From assembly GCA_963514005.1 (NCBI GenBank), contig OY740817.1:14570001-14634000 (forward strand): a DNA stretch of 64,000 nucleotides, read 5' to 3'. The notes beneath the pieces are model-generated. The model was given only the letters and a program-made list of their open reading frames with translations. It searched no databases and had not been told where the DNA came from. Positions within the stretch are counted from its first letter, which is position 1, and each line of letters begins with the position of its first letter. A program made the position numbers and the translations under genes. This document shows positions 12,204-26,208 of the stretch, one piece after another. This DNA comes from Raja brachyura (lineage: Eukaryota).

Positions 12204-15200
12204 TAGAAGGGGAGGGGGAATGGAGAAGGGGGAGGTGAGTCGTTCCCTCACGGTCCCGGGGCAGCGCTCCCGCCCCTCCAGTCGCCGTGCTTCACGCACA
12301 CAGCCCCGGTTTTCCCTCCTCTCTCCCCGGGGAGACGCGGTGAACACTACACAGAGGGCCGGGCCGGGCCGGGCCGGGGGTTGGAACAACGTTGACAAAC
12401 CTCGGCCTCAGCTCACACCCGTCCGCCCGTTCCCCGGCATCCGCCCCTGACGCTATAAGCCCCCCATGAGAAATTGCATCTAACTCTGTAGCTCAGCAGG
12501 ACAGGCAGCGCAGCGACTCTGGGGAGATGACCCTTCTTCAGACTGAACTGAACTCTCGTCGGTGACAGTACTTATGATTGTCTGAAGAAGGGTCTGGACC
12601 AGAACCGCGACCCTCTCCCCAGAGCCCCTGCCCGTCCCGCTGAGCCACCACAGACAGGGGGTTGAAGGTAGACACAGGGGGGTCCACCTTCAACTTCAGA
12701 GCCAAACAAAAAACACGGAGTGCTGGAGGAACTCAGCGGGCAAGGTAGCACCCGAGGAGGGAACGCATCACTTATCAGGAGCCCCCACGGGCCAGGACTC
12801 TCCCCACCCCAACAGATAGGAACCGCAGGTGCAGCCATCACCGCAAAACGTCTAAGAAGGAACTGCAGATGCTGGAAAATCGAAGGTAGACAAAAATGTT
12901 GGAGAAACTCAGCGGGTGGGGCAGCATCTATGGAGCGAAGGAAATAGCCAACGTTTCGGGCCGGGTCTGAAGAAGGGTCTCGACCCGAAACGTCGCCTAT
13001 TTCCATCGCTCCATAGATGCTGCCTCACCCGCTGAGTTTCTCCAGCATTTCTGTGTACCGCAAAACGTCAACGATTCCGGGAATGCCCAGGCAACAGGGT
13101 GAGAGAGAGGGAGTGAGAGAGGGAGTGAGAGAGCTAGAGAGAGACGAGAGAGAGAGAGATGGAGAGAGTGAGAGACAGAGAGACACAACGTGGGTCGGTA
13201 GGTAAATTGAATGACTAACCTGCTGCACACCAAGAAGCTCTCCAAGAAGAAGTCCTCAATCTTGATGGTGAGCTTTAAGAAATTCTCAATGTTTCATCAA
13301 TGCATCAATCTACATTCCTCAGTAAATGTAAGTGTGATTTGAACAAGTATTAATGACGCCGCGTGAATTGTATTCAAAGGAACACAGCGTCATTAATACT
13401 TGTTCAAAACACAATTACATTTGCCGAGGAATGTGGATCTACGCATTGATTACACATTGTATAACCACTTGTTAACTACTGGCTGTTAACAAGTGCTACA
13501 TTAGCAGTTAACAAATCGTCAGTGTCCGATGGCCGTGCAGCGGTTGTTATCTATGTTCGTTTTGTAAGAAAATCCATATGGCAAATGTTTTTAAAAAAAT
13601 CTTTATTTAACAAAGCGAATTTCCGTACGAAATACGGAAAATTAACGTGGAGCCCCCCTTAGGCGCGGGGCCCAATTGGGAGAAATCCAGTCCAATCGGC
13701 TTAAGGTCGGCCCTGAAGGAATCACCCATTCCGTTTTGGGTCGAGACCCTTGCTGGTGCAGCCCAACCAAGTCTGCATCGACCATCGATCACCCGTGTAC
13801 ACTGGTTCCGTGTTATCCCACTTTCTACACACTAGGATCAATTTACAGAGGGCCAATTAACCTAAAGACCCGCACATCTCACTGCGAGCGCCACTGGCTG
13901 AGATATAAATGCAGTCTTGACACCAATGATCACATCCCCCGCACCCCACCTATTGTCAAAGTAGTGCAGGGGGCTGGTCATTGGCCTGAGGCTGGGGCAG
14001 GGCTGGTGTAACATGTCACCCACAATAGACAGGGTGTGTGTTTGAGATCGGTGAGTGTGAGATGTGAGTGTGTGTGAGACGCGTGAGTGTGTGTGTGCGC
14101 ACGAGTGTGTTAGTGTGTGTGTGAGCGTTTGTGTGTGTGAATATTATANNNNNNNNNNNNNNNNNNNNNNNNNNNNNNNNNNNNNNNNNNNNNNNNNNNN
14201 NNNNNNNNNNNNNNNNNNNNNNNNNNNNNNNNNNNNNNNNNNNNNNNNNNNNNNNNNNNNNNNNNNNNNNNNNNNNNNNNNNNNNNNNNNNNNNNNNNNN
14301 NNNNNNNNNNNNNNNNNNNNNNNNNNNNNTCACTGGACCCTAGAGAGGTTCAGTCCCTGGCGATTGTTGGAGCTGATTGATTGGCGCACAATGTGGAAAC
14401 ATCCCATAGATGTGCAGGCCCTTCGGCCCATCGGGTCCACGCCGACCATCAGTCACCCGTTCACACTAGTTCTCTGTCACCTCACTTTCTCATCCTCTCC
14501 TGACACACCAGAGGCATTTTACAGCGGGCCAGTTAACCTACAAACCTGCACGACTTTGGGGTGTGGGAGAAAATTGGAGCACCCGGAGGAAACCCAAGCG
14601 GTCACAGGGAGAAGATTTTTTTTTTTTTTTTTTAAATTTCAAAATAGACTTTATTCGAGTAATAAATATATACAATACATCAACCGTGCGAAAAAAATCC
14701 ATCCGACATTTTCGGAGGCTATACAAATGTCTCCATACAGTCTATACACAATTTTTCAAATTTCACGAATCGATCCCCCACCCGTGCCACTCATGTGGCC
14801 CCCCAGCATGGGATACCTTCCCTTAACAGATTTCAAAATAGACTTTATTCGAGTAATAAATATTTACAATACATCAACCGTGCGAAAAAAATCCATCCGA
14901 CATTTTCGGAGGCTATACAAATTGTTCCATACAGTCTATATACATTTTTCAAATTTCACGAATCGATCCCCCACCCGTGCCACTCATGTGGCCCCCCGGC
15001 ATGGGATACCTTCCCTTATTTTGAGGGGCGTCTCCACCATACAGTGCCCCTCATGTCCAGCAGCGGAAGGACCTTAGACTGTGGCCCTCCCCCACCGAGC
15101 CTTGGCGTTGGCTGCACCGAGCTTCAGTGCGTCCCTCAGTACGTACTCCTGCAGTCTGCAGTGGGCCAGTCGGCAACATTCCCCGACGGACATCTCGCTC

Positions 15201-18200
15201 TGCTGGGTGGTGAACAACGCTCGGGCAGACCAGAGAGCGTCTTTCACCGAGTTGATAACCCTCCAGCAGCACTTGATGTCAGTCTCTGAATGTGTCCCTG
15301 GGAACAGTCCGTAAATCACAGAGTCCTCTGTGACGGAGCTGTTTGGAATAAAGCGTACCAGGGACCCTTGCATTTTTCTCCAGACTCTTTGGGCAAATCC
15401 ACACTCTGCAAAGAGGTGGGCAACCGTCTCCACTCCATAGCAGCAGGGAGAAGATGCAAACGTGCAAACTCCACACAGACAGCACCCGAGGTCAGGATCA
15501 AAGCCAGGTCTCTAGTGCTGTGAGACAGCGGCTCTACCCGCTGCGCCATGGTGTGCCGCCCTGTGCCTCACCGTACTTGACTGAAGAAGGGTCTCGACCC
15601 GAAACGTCACCCATTCCCTCTCCAGAGATGCTGCCTGTCCCGCTGAGTTACTCCAGAATACACCAGTTACTTACGCTGTGTGATTTTATGCAGAAAACGT
15701 TGGGAAAACAATGCATTAATTTAAATTGTTTTCTTTACCACATCACTTCACTGCTCATCTAACCGGGCAGAACATAGAACAGTACAGCACAGGAACAGGA
15801 TCTTCAGCCCACAATGCTTATGCACAACATGATGTCTAGCTGACCTGATCTCCTCTGCCCGCCCGTGATCCATATCCCTCTGTGCCCTGCACTGCTATGT
15901 TCCTATCTAAAAGCCTCTTGAACCCCACTATTGCAGTTCTGGTCGCCCCATTACAGGGAAGATTAGCAGAGGGTGCAGAGAAGGTTTGCCAGGATGCTGA
16001 CAACTCTGCAATGTGTTCTAAGCCCTCACGACCAGTATCTTTGCTCACGGCCTTCTGTGGTGAAAACGTGACCCCACATCTCTATTAAACTTTCTCCCCT
16101 CACCCTCATCCTACAGCCGTGCTATCTAGTTTTTCCGTTTTTAGTTTTAGAGATACAGTGTGGAAACAGGCCCTTCTGCCCACCAAGTCCACACCGACCA
16201 GCGATCCCCACACACTAACACGATCCTGCACACACCAGGGACAATTTATACCAAGCCAATTAACTTACAAACCTGTACACCTCTGGAGTGTGGCAGGAAA
16301 ATCAAAGTCAAAGTCAATTGTATTTGTCACGTACACCTGAAGATGCAGTGAAATGAATTTGCCAGCAGTGATACACTTAAAAAGAATGCACAATACACAA
16401 TACACGGAGTGTAGAGCCAAGGCATGTGGGCACCAAGTGTCACTACTTGCTGAGGTTCTACCTGTCCCCGGTGTTGCGAAGGATGGGCCTGGCGCAGATG
16501 CCACGCAAGGTGCCAGTCAGCTGGACATTGCCGCCCCATCTGTCGCTTGTGGAAAGGTTCTTCTGGACCAACACCTTTGACCACATGTCCATCGGGCAGT
16601 GGTCAGCACAGAATGTCCTGCAGGCACTGCAGGGAAAGGACTCGATGGACCCGGTGGCGTGGTTCCCTGAGCAGACTGCCCAGCTTGTCTGGCAAAATGC
16701 CTCATCGCCAGAACTCACCAACAAGCACCAAGACCTGGCTTGGCTGGCGGTGAGGGGAGCCCTCCCAGTCAGATCCTTCCTGCACCGTCGGAACCTCACT
16801 ACCAGCGCACGCTGCCCTCGGGACGGCTGCTATGGAGAGGAGACGGTTGCCCACCTCTTCGCAGAGTGTAGATTTGCTCAAAGAGTCTGGAGAAAAATGC
16901 AAGGGTCCCTGGTATGCTTTATCCCGAACCGCTCCGTCACAGAGGACTCTGTAATTTACGGACTGTTCCCAGGGACACATTCAGAGACTGACATCAAGTG
17001 CTGCTGGAAGGTCATCAACTCGGTGAAAGACGCTCTTTGCCCGAGCATTGTTCACCACCCAGCAGAGCGAGATGTCCATCGGGGAATGTTGCCGACTGGC
17101 CCACTGCAGACTGCAGGAGTACGTGCTGAGGGACGCACTGAAGCTCGGTGCAGCCAACGCCAAGGCTCGGTGGGGGAGGGCCACAGTCTAGGGTCCTTCC
17201 GCTGCTGGACATGGGGGGCACGGTATGGTGGAGATGCCCCTCAAAATAAGGGACGGTATCCCACGCCGGGGGGCCACATGAGTGGCACGGGTGGGGGACA
17301 CATTTGTGAAATGTATATAAACTACATTGAACAATTTGTATAGCCTCTGAAAATGTCGGATGAATTTTTCGTACGGTTCATGTACTGTATATATTTATTA
17401 CCTGAATAAAGTCTATTTTGAAATTTAAATTATTCATCACTGTGGTGGAAGGCAACAAAGATCAGCCAGTCCTCCTCCTTTGTCGTCCGTGGTCGTGGCC
17501 ATAAACCCTCCGTAGTCGCCGCTATGGACGGCCCGATGTACAGGCCCTCTCATCGGGATGATCGAACCTCCCACGTCGTGAACATACTCGCAGTGCCCAG
17601 ATCAGCACTTTCCTTCCGGCTTCAGGATGTTATAGGCGGCAGGCCGGCAGTCAGGGTTCTTCTCCGGCGATCCCCGACAAGGGATCCCAGACTCCGGATG
17701 GTAAGTCCACACCACGCCCGCAGCTAGAAGCTCCACAGACCTCAGCCCCATGATGCCAAAGTCACCAGGCCAGGGATTGGAGCACTCCTCTCTGGTGACC
17801 CCCGGCAAGGGTTCGCCCGCTGCGCGATGGAAAAGTCCACACTGCGCCCGCTCTGGGCCAGACTCCGGGAATGGCCGCTCCAATCCAAGCTGTTAGGCCG
17901 CGAGGGAGGCGACATGGAAAAAGTCGCCTCTCCCCCCTTTCCCCCCCCCCACCACCATTCCAACACATGACACACCAAGAGATACCTAAACTTACATTTA
18001 GACACACCAAAAAAACCAAAAAAAGTCGAAATAACAAACGTGCTGCTGGCAGGGCAGCCGACTTGCAGCGCCCCCACCAACCAAACCGAAGATCTCGGAG
18101 AAACCCAAGCAGGTCACGGGGAGAATGTACAAACTTCGTACAGACTGCAGGCATAGTCAGGATCGAACTTGTGTTTCCGCCACTGTAAAGCAGCAACTCT

Positions 18201-20075
18201 ACCGCTACACCACCGTGCCGCCCTCTATAAAAATTAAACAAAACACTTGTCTCTGACTTATGCAATAGCTGCTAATTCCAGTTAATCGTGTAAGCTTCTC
18301 ACTGCTTATTTTCCCCACATTACCCACTTATAAAGTGATTGAAATGACATCTCCTGATCTGGCCAAATGATGCCACCAGCCCTGATATTTCAATTTCACA
18401 TCCTTGGGAAAGAAGCTGGGATGTGAAATCTAGCATTCAACACAAAATACCTCATCAGCTACTAAAGATATACACAAAGTATTGGAGAAAACTTTTGGAA
18501 AACAATGCGAGACAGGCAGCATCTGTGGAGAGAAGGAATGGGTGACGTTTTGTGTTGAGACCCTTCTATCTACCCAAGATGGAATGGACAATGCCCACCA
18601 AGGCAAGAGATGCAATTACCTGTCCTCCTGTGCATGTTGAGTCTGTCCGCACCAGGCTTAAACTAAGCCAAATAATCCATGGGCTGAAATCCCGCGGGGG
18701 GGGGGGGGGGGGGGGGGAGGACAGGGGACAGAGGACAGCTTAAAATCTTCCACCGCCCCGCAGTCAAATTGCTGTGTCAAGGCGATCGAGGCTCCCGATA
18801 TTGAAGCCCCCGCCGGGCGATGGAAGATCCCGCGGCCGATTTTAAGCCATGCCGGGCGATGAAAGGCCCCGCGAACGGGCTGATTGAAGCCCCACGATTC
18901 AGGGCGGACAAAGCTGCTGTTGCTGGAGTTACCAACCAGGTCAATGCCCGATGTTATCGTCCACAGGGCCCACGGGCGAAGTCTCGTGCATGCGTTGTGC
19001 GCGCTTGTGTGTGCGCGCGCGCGCTTGCGGCCACCAAGAAATTGTGTCCCCCCCCATGTTTTGATAGCGATTTACCCCCCTGCACACATCACATCTAAAT
19101 GCTCAGTACTATTCAAGGCCATATAAACTTCTCATTCTGAACGAGTCGCCTCTACTTTGGCGGGTTGGCATATTCAATGAGACTTTATTGTCATGTACTG
19201 AGATACAGTGAAACTATTTTGTTTTTGCATACAATCCAGTAAAATCAAACGGCAGACCTCACCTGGGCAGTACACAAAGTGTCGCCACGTTTCTGCTGCC
19301 GACAAAGATAGTCCGGTCATATTTTCCCCTGGCTGCCCATTCTCTGGGTCCTTCTTTGATCTCGGCGGTCCCAGCCGGGTCCTTCTTTGCTCTCGGCAGC
19401 CCCCACCAGAGGCATTAAGGTAACATGTTCAGGAAAGAACTACAGATGCTGGTTTAAATCGAAGATGGACACAAAATGCTGGAGTAACTCAGCGGGACGA
19501 GGCAGCATATCTGGAGAGAAAGAATGGGTGACGTTTCAGGTCGAGACCCGTCTGAAGATGTCTGAAGAAGTGTTTTGACGTGAAACATCACCCATTCCCT
19601 CTGTCCAGAGATGCTGCCTGTCACGCTGAGTTACTCCAGCATTTTGTGTCTACCTCCCAGTCTTTTTAGTTTGTTTAGCTTTTAATTTTAGAGATACAGA
19701 GCAGAAACAGACCCTTCGGCCCACCAGGTCCATGCCAACCAGCGATCACCCCGTACACTTGCACTATCAAACACACTAGGGACAATTTACAATTTTTACC
19801 AAAGACAATTAACTTACAAACATTCACGTCTTTGGAGTGTGGGAGGAAACAGGAGGACCCAGAGAAAGCCCACAGGGTCAAGGGGAGAAAGTACAAACAC
19901 CACACAGACAGCACCCGTAGTCAGGATCGAACCCGGGTCTCTGGCGCTGGAAGGCAGCAACTCTACCGCTGCACCACCATGCTGTCTTCAGTTTTACTCA
20001 GATTTACCATGGATTCCTGTAACTGCGATTGTGAGCTAAAACCACTAGAGGGGGTATGTTACCCAGCCCTCAATA
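12204..20075. repeat. Tandem duplication unit 2 (~7.87 kb)
   Basis: Same content and order as unit 1, with scattered SNPs and indels and an extra ~190 bp repeat near 14635-15015. Confidence 0.95.
14149..14329. other. Assembly gap (N run), same position within unit 2
   Basis: N run. Confidence 1.
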
Positions 20076-20208
20076 TCTCCAATCATTGGTTCCATTTTAC
20101 GCTCTCAAACTATCCTGAACAAAATCAGTAATCCCAATTGTATGTTGGCAATCATCATTTGAATGATGCCTCATCAATAATGTTAATGGATTCAATGATT
20201 GCATTTCA

Positions 20209-21550
20209 ATTATATCAATGATTTGGATGAGAACATACAGGGCAAGATTCGCAAGTTTGCAGATGATACAAAAGAAGGTGGTTTTGCAGTGAAGATGGTT
20301 GTGAAAAATTGCAGCAGGAACTTGATGGATTGGCCAGGTGGGCGGAGGAATGGTTGATGCAATTTAAAGCAGAGAAATGTGATGTCGTGCATTTTGGGAA
20401 GTTTAACGTGGGCAGGACCTACACAGTGAATGGTCGGGCTGTGGGTAGTGTTGTGGAGCAGAGGGATCTAGGAGTACAGGTGCATGGTTCCTTGAAGGAG
20501 GAGCCGCAGGTAGATAGGGAGGTCAAAAAGGCTTTCGGAACATTGGCCTTCATCAGTCAGAGTATTGAGTATAAAGGTTAGGAGATTATGTTCATAAGGT
20601 CATAAGTGATAGGAGTAGAATTAGGCCATTTGGCCCAACAAGTCTACTCTGCCATTCAATCTTGGCTGATCTATCTCTGCCTCCTAACCCCATTCTCCTG
20701 CCTTCTCCCCATAACTCCTGACGCCCGTACTAATCAAGAATCTATCTATCTCTGCCTTAAAAATATCCATGGATTTGGCCTTCTGTGGGAAAGAATTTCT
20801 CAGATTCACCACCCTCTGACTGAAGAAATTCCTTATCATCTCCTTCCTAAGGGAATATCCTTTAATTCTGAGGCTATGACCTCTTGTCCTAGATTCACCC
20901 ACTGGTGGAAACATCCTCTCCACATCCACTCTATCCAGGCCTTTCACCATTCTGTACGTTTCTGTACGATTCTGTGCTTCTCACCATTCTGTACGTGTGT
21001 CGCAGTTGTATAAGACGTTGGTGAGGCCGCATTTAGAATATTGTGTCCTGTTCTGGGCACCATGTTATAGAAAATATATTGTCAAACTGGAAAAGGTACA
21101 AGGAACATTTACGAGGATGTTGCCAGGACTCGAGGGAAAGGTTGAGTAGGCTGGGACTCTATTCCTTGAAGAGCAGTAGCTGAGGGGTGATCTTGTAAAT
21201 ACGTATAAAATCATGGGAGGAATAGATCGGGTCGATGCACAGAGTAGGGGAATCGAGAACAAGAGGACATAGGTCTAAAAATGCAGGGGAAAAGATTTAA
21301 TAGGAATCTGAGGGGTAACTTTTTCACACAAAGGGTGATGGGTGTATGGAACGAGCTGCCAGAGGAGGTAGTTGAGGCAGGGACTATCCCAACGTTAATA
21401 AACAGTCTGACAGGTACATAGATAGGACAGGTTTAGAGGGATATGGGCCAAATGCAGGCAGGTGGGACTGGTGTAGCTGGGACATGGTGGCCGGTGGGGG
21501 CAAGTTGGGCCAAAGGGCCTGTTTCCATGCTGTATCGCTCTGTGACTATG
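20209..21550 (+). mobile_element. Degenerate CR1 RT 3' part, with an oppositely oriented CR1 tail inserted at ~20595-20955
   Basis: KFADDTK, W..MQFKAEKC.VVHFG and RDLGVQVH motifs. The inserted piece reads RTRGHSLRIKG..FFSQRVV on the minus strand. Confidence 0.85.
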
Positions 21551-21709
21551 AATAATGGGATTAACCTCTATCAGGCAATTCCCCATGGACTTGACCCTCA
21601 CTCTGCATCTTGGCTTTGATGTGCAGTGGGAACACTCGGTCTAACCCGCCCTTCTGTTAACTGGGCTGATGGAATATTTGTGTAGGAATTATAATAATTG
21701 AATAATTGT

Positions 21710-22345
21710 CAAATTCCTGGGCGTGCATATTTCCGACGATATTTCCTGGACCCAGCACACTGTTGCAATCATAAAGAAAGCACAACAGTGCCTCTGATTC
21801 CTGAGAAGATTACGGAGATTCGGTATGTCCAGGAGGATTCTCTTGAACTTCTACAGGTGCACAGTAAAGAGCATGCTGACCGGTTGCATCGTGGCTTGGT
21901 TCGGCAACTTGAACATCCAGGAGTGGAAAAGAGTGCAAAATCTTGTAAACACTGTCCAGTCCATCACCGGCTTTGACCTCCCCACTATTGAAGGGTCCAA
22001 CGTAGTCGCATTCTCAAAAAGGCAGCCAACATCATCAAAGACCCACACCATCCTGGCCACACACTCATCTCACCACTGCCATCGGGAAGAAGCTACAGGA
22101 GCCTGAAAACTGTAACATCCAGGTTCAGGAACAGCTTCTTCCCCACAGCCATCAGGCTATTAAACACGACAACCTCATATGCAATGAACTACAATAGACT
22201 ATTATTATTATTAGTACAGTTATTTGTTTTCTGAGTTTTAGTTATATTATTTATTATGATTACATATTCTGTGGTGCTGCGGCAAGTAAGAATGTCATTG
22301 TTCTATCTGGGACATATGACAATAAAACACTCTTGACTTGATTGA
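21710..22345 (+). mobile_element. Rex1/Babar LINE 3' fragment
   Basis: LLNFYRCTV.S.LTGCI.AWFGN..IIKDPHHPGH..LPSGRSYRSLK..RFRNSFFP.AIRLLN, then AATAAA and a CTTGA tail. Confidence 0.85.
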
Positions 22346-22349
22346 ATAA

Positions 22350-22680
22350 TTGAATAAGTTTATTGGCCAAGTATGTTCACATACAAGGAATTTGCCTTGG
22401 TGCTCCGCTCGCTCGTGACAACATGACACACAGTGACAATTAAGAATTACACATAAAACATTAAACAAGAAGAAAACATTAACGATTGAACATGTGAATT
22501 AAATAAAATACCAGAGCAAAAGGAGGCTACCGATCTTTGGTTATTGAGTAGAGCTGCTACTCGTTGAAAAAAAGCTGTTTTTATGTCTGGCTGTGGCAGC
22601 TTTGACAGTCCGGAGTCGCCTTCCAGAGAGAAGTGATTCAAAGCGTTTGTGGCCAGGGTGAGAGGGGTCAAAGATGATCG
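22350..22680 (-). mobile_element. Rex1/Babar LINE 3' fragment, truncating DIRS-A
   Basis: IIFDPSHPGHKRFESLLSGRRLRTVKAATARHKNSFF. Confidence 0.75.
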
Positions 22681-25600
22681 TACAAAGGAGCATAAGAACC
22701 TCGCTTACATTCCAGATAACCGAATACCTGGGCCTAGGATGATTGGAATTAAAAACTCCCTTCATAAATCTAGAAACTAGAGGATGTGGCCCCACAGAAT
22801 ATAATTCTGATTCCATGGGTAAATATGAGGACAGAGCACTGCTGCCTATATTGATCGCACTATAGCTTAACTTATGATCGAAATAGAGAGTTGACAAGAA
22901 CTCCAGCACATCTGGGACGCCTGCAGTTTGATATGAAATATTCTGCCGTAAGCAGAACACCTCCCACTTTCATATTGAGGAGATGTACTGCTTCTGGGTA
23001 CTATCCCTCCAGGCCGATGTGTTAACATCCATGGTGCGATCGGACAGTCCTCTCCCCAGGTATGGCCTTCTTAGAATCTGCAAATTTACAGATCAATACT
23101 ATCATGTAAAGGATGTTGATCGCCAGTTACTGGGTTCACCAGTATGTTTTTATGTTTGGTAACAATCATACGAGGCCGAATAGCCATCTGCAAAACGAGA
23201 GGGAACCATGGCTGAGTAGGCCAGTCTGGTATTACCAATACTCCTGAAGTGGAGTCCTGCTTGATTTTTTGCAGGCATCGACTGATGAGACAGAATGGAG
23301 GAAATGTATATAAAAACATTCCACTCCAATGCAGCGAGAATGCATCGACCGCTGCCGCCCCAGGATCTGGTTCCCGTGAGACGTATTCAGGCAACTGGTG
23401 GTTGCAAACAAATCAATATCCGGCATCCCGTATCGAGGAACAACATCATTAAATGTGTCCTGATTCAACATCCATTCTATCTTGTCATCGAATTGGCATG
23501 ACCTTGTGTCTGCCACTATGTTGAATCTACCTGGTAAGTAGATTGCTGAAAGCCAGATGTTTTTGTCAATGCACCAGCTCCAGATATGATTAGCCAATCT
23601 GTCACAAGATTCCGACTTAACTCCACCCATGTGATTAACATATGCCACTGCTGTAGTGTTGTCAATTTGAACCTGCACATGCAAGTGACTCTTGGCAGAG
23701 CAATAAGCTTTAAGCCCATAAAAGGTTCCCAAAAGCTCTAAATAATTGATCCCTCACAGTTGCAGAAGGGATGCCTCATCACTATTCCATCTGCCTCCAC
23801 AACTGGAAAACATATCAGTGGCACCCCAACCCAGCACACTAACATCAGTCTGTAAGACTATGGAAGGTGTTCAAACTTCCCTGGAAAAACTTGAGACATT
23901 CGTGATCCACCATTGTATTTCTGAAATGGCTTCAGCTGGTAATCCCATGACCCTGTCAAAATGACCTGCATGTGTCCTCAGTGCCTGTTCTTTTGCTCGT
24001 TGTAATTGTTGGTAATGCAGAGGTCCAAACTGCACAGCTGGAAACCAGCCACCAATTTACCAATCAAACTGGCCACCTGTCTAATTGAAGGTCGTTGTTC
24101 ACCAAGGACCTTGATACAACCTTCCATTAACTGCTGCCTTTTATGGGCAGAGTCACTAACATATGATCTGAGTTAATGGTGAAGCCCAAGTAATCAATAA
24201 TTTTGACTGGTGTTAATTTGGATTTATCTGGATGAATGATGAACCTCAATTGCTCAAAAGTGAGTTTAACAACTGAAACGGATGATTCAGCTGCATCACA
24301 AGTCTTTCCTACAATTAAGATATCATCTAAATAGGCCATTACAACATGACCCTGAGCTCGGAGTAGCCCTAGAACTGGTTTTAACAATTTGGTAAACAAT
24401 CTAGGAGCTGAGGTTAATCCATTAGACAGTGCTTTGAATTGCCATAACTGACTCATCCAGCTAAACTTCAAATATATCCTATCATCGCAATGAACAGATA
24501 CTGAGTAATATGCATCTTTAAGATCTATGCTTGCCATATAACGCCCTTTGGAAATCAGCTGTTTAGCCGTCAGAAAAGTCTCCATTTTGAAGCGTCTATA
24601 CCGTACAAAAGGGTTAATGCTTGTCAGGTCCAGAATGATTCTACATCTCTCATCCTTCTTAGACCTAGGAAATATATTTGACACAAACTGGTGGAGTTGA
24701 CGAACCAACTTCTCAATCACCCCTTTACTGTACAATACCTCAAGTTCTGCCTGTATCTGCATATTCTCTTCATGTGAGAAAATGAGTGTCCGACTTGGAA
24801 CATGCTGAGTGGGTAGAATTCAATTCGAAATCCTTCTATACTGCACAGCACAAACGGATCTGATGTTATCTCCTGCCATTCTTTTAGGAACAAGTGTTCC
24901 TAACCTGCCCCCAACTTGAACATATTTCCCACTTAATTTGATTCTATCAGGAGCAAAACCACTGACTTGCATGTTGACCGATGGCACTTGGTGCCCCCTG
25001 TTCCTTGTGGGAAAATTCATCCTTCCCCGTGTGACTGTGGCAGGGTGCCAGCTTCGTATGTTCGGGAATGAACAGCTCGTCCCTTCACCAGCCCCAGTCA
25101 TTGCACCCCGTCGATAGGGGAATTGCCTCCGACCCATTTTGCTGCTCGTCGGCACTTTTATTAACCCCACAGTTTTCGCCTCATCATCAAGTTCTTTAAC
25201 TCGCTTTGCGAGGTCCTCCCCAAATAGCAGATTAGGCAACTGTACATTGCTAGGCTTGCAGAACGATGCAAACTTAGGGTGAATATTTGGGCGTGTGGCA
25301 CTCTTTCTTAAGCAGTTCACCTCAAAATGTGCACTGCACAGAATCCCCGAAGCATCGTGATGTGCTTCTGATAGGTGCCCCTCGTCCACCGTTCTGGGGA
25401 ACGCAGTAATACCTGCAGCAAGCAATTTCAGCACCTGCTGGAGTTTTAGCTCTTGTGCCCGAACTGCAATCCCCATTTGTCCCCATATAACATGGTTCAC
25501 CACCGGCACCTTCAATAAGGCACAGTCAACCGGGGTTTCGTACTTCTTTACAGTGTCATCCAATACCAGCTCTTGGAGCTGATGGGAGGGCAAATAATTT

Positions 25601-26208
25601 ATACTTGTGGACAACTGCTGCCCCAATGGCTCTCCTGCGTCTGTGGGAATGGCAAATTTTGCAGCCAAATCAGGTATTGTAACCTCATGCCCTTCACCCC
25701 CTGGGCTGTGTTCACCCACTGGTTCAGTGTCAGTATACACTGACCCATCAAGCTCTCCTCCTCCATGAGGGAGCGATCATGCAGCCCTATTACAGGCGCT
25801 GCTGGCACAGGCTCTCCATCAGCCCGGTGTGGACACCACTCGTACTCCCAGAGTGCATCCTTTGCGAGTATCCTCTCCAACAGGATCTCTATTTCATTTA
25901 GCCGTTTAGAAATGGTCTCCCCTTGCGGAGGCGACTCCTCCTGGCCCGACTCGGAGTCAATGGGTCTAGCGGACTTCGAAGTGGCCTTACGCCCCAGCGG
26001 CGCGGCAACGCTACTCACAGGCAAGGCGTCTGCATTCGCTAACTCCCCTGTTAACGATGATATAGGTGAGCTAGGCGAGCACCCGCTACCCGCACTCCCG
26101 CGGTCTTCCAAACTTTTCCTAGCAGGTCGCCTCCCCTTCACCTTCGTAGCTTTCTGCATTTTAGCACTAGCGCTGTGAGAACCAAGCGTACTTTCAGAAA
26201 GCAACCTC

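Noticed and set aside
23086-23394. Horizontally acquired phage adenine methylase or integrase genes
   Set aside because: MT-like and YR domains are standard DIRS components and sit here in canonical order.
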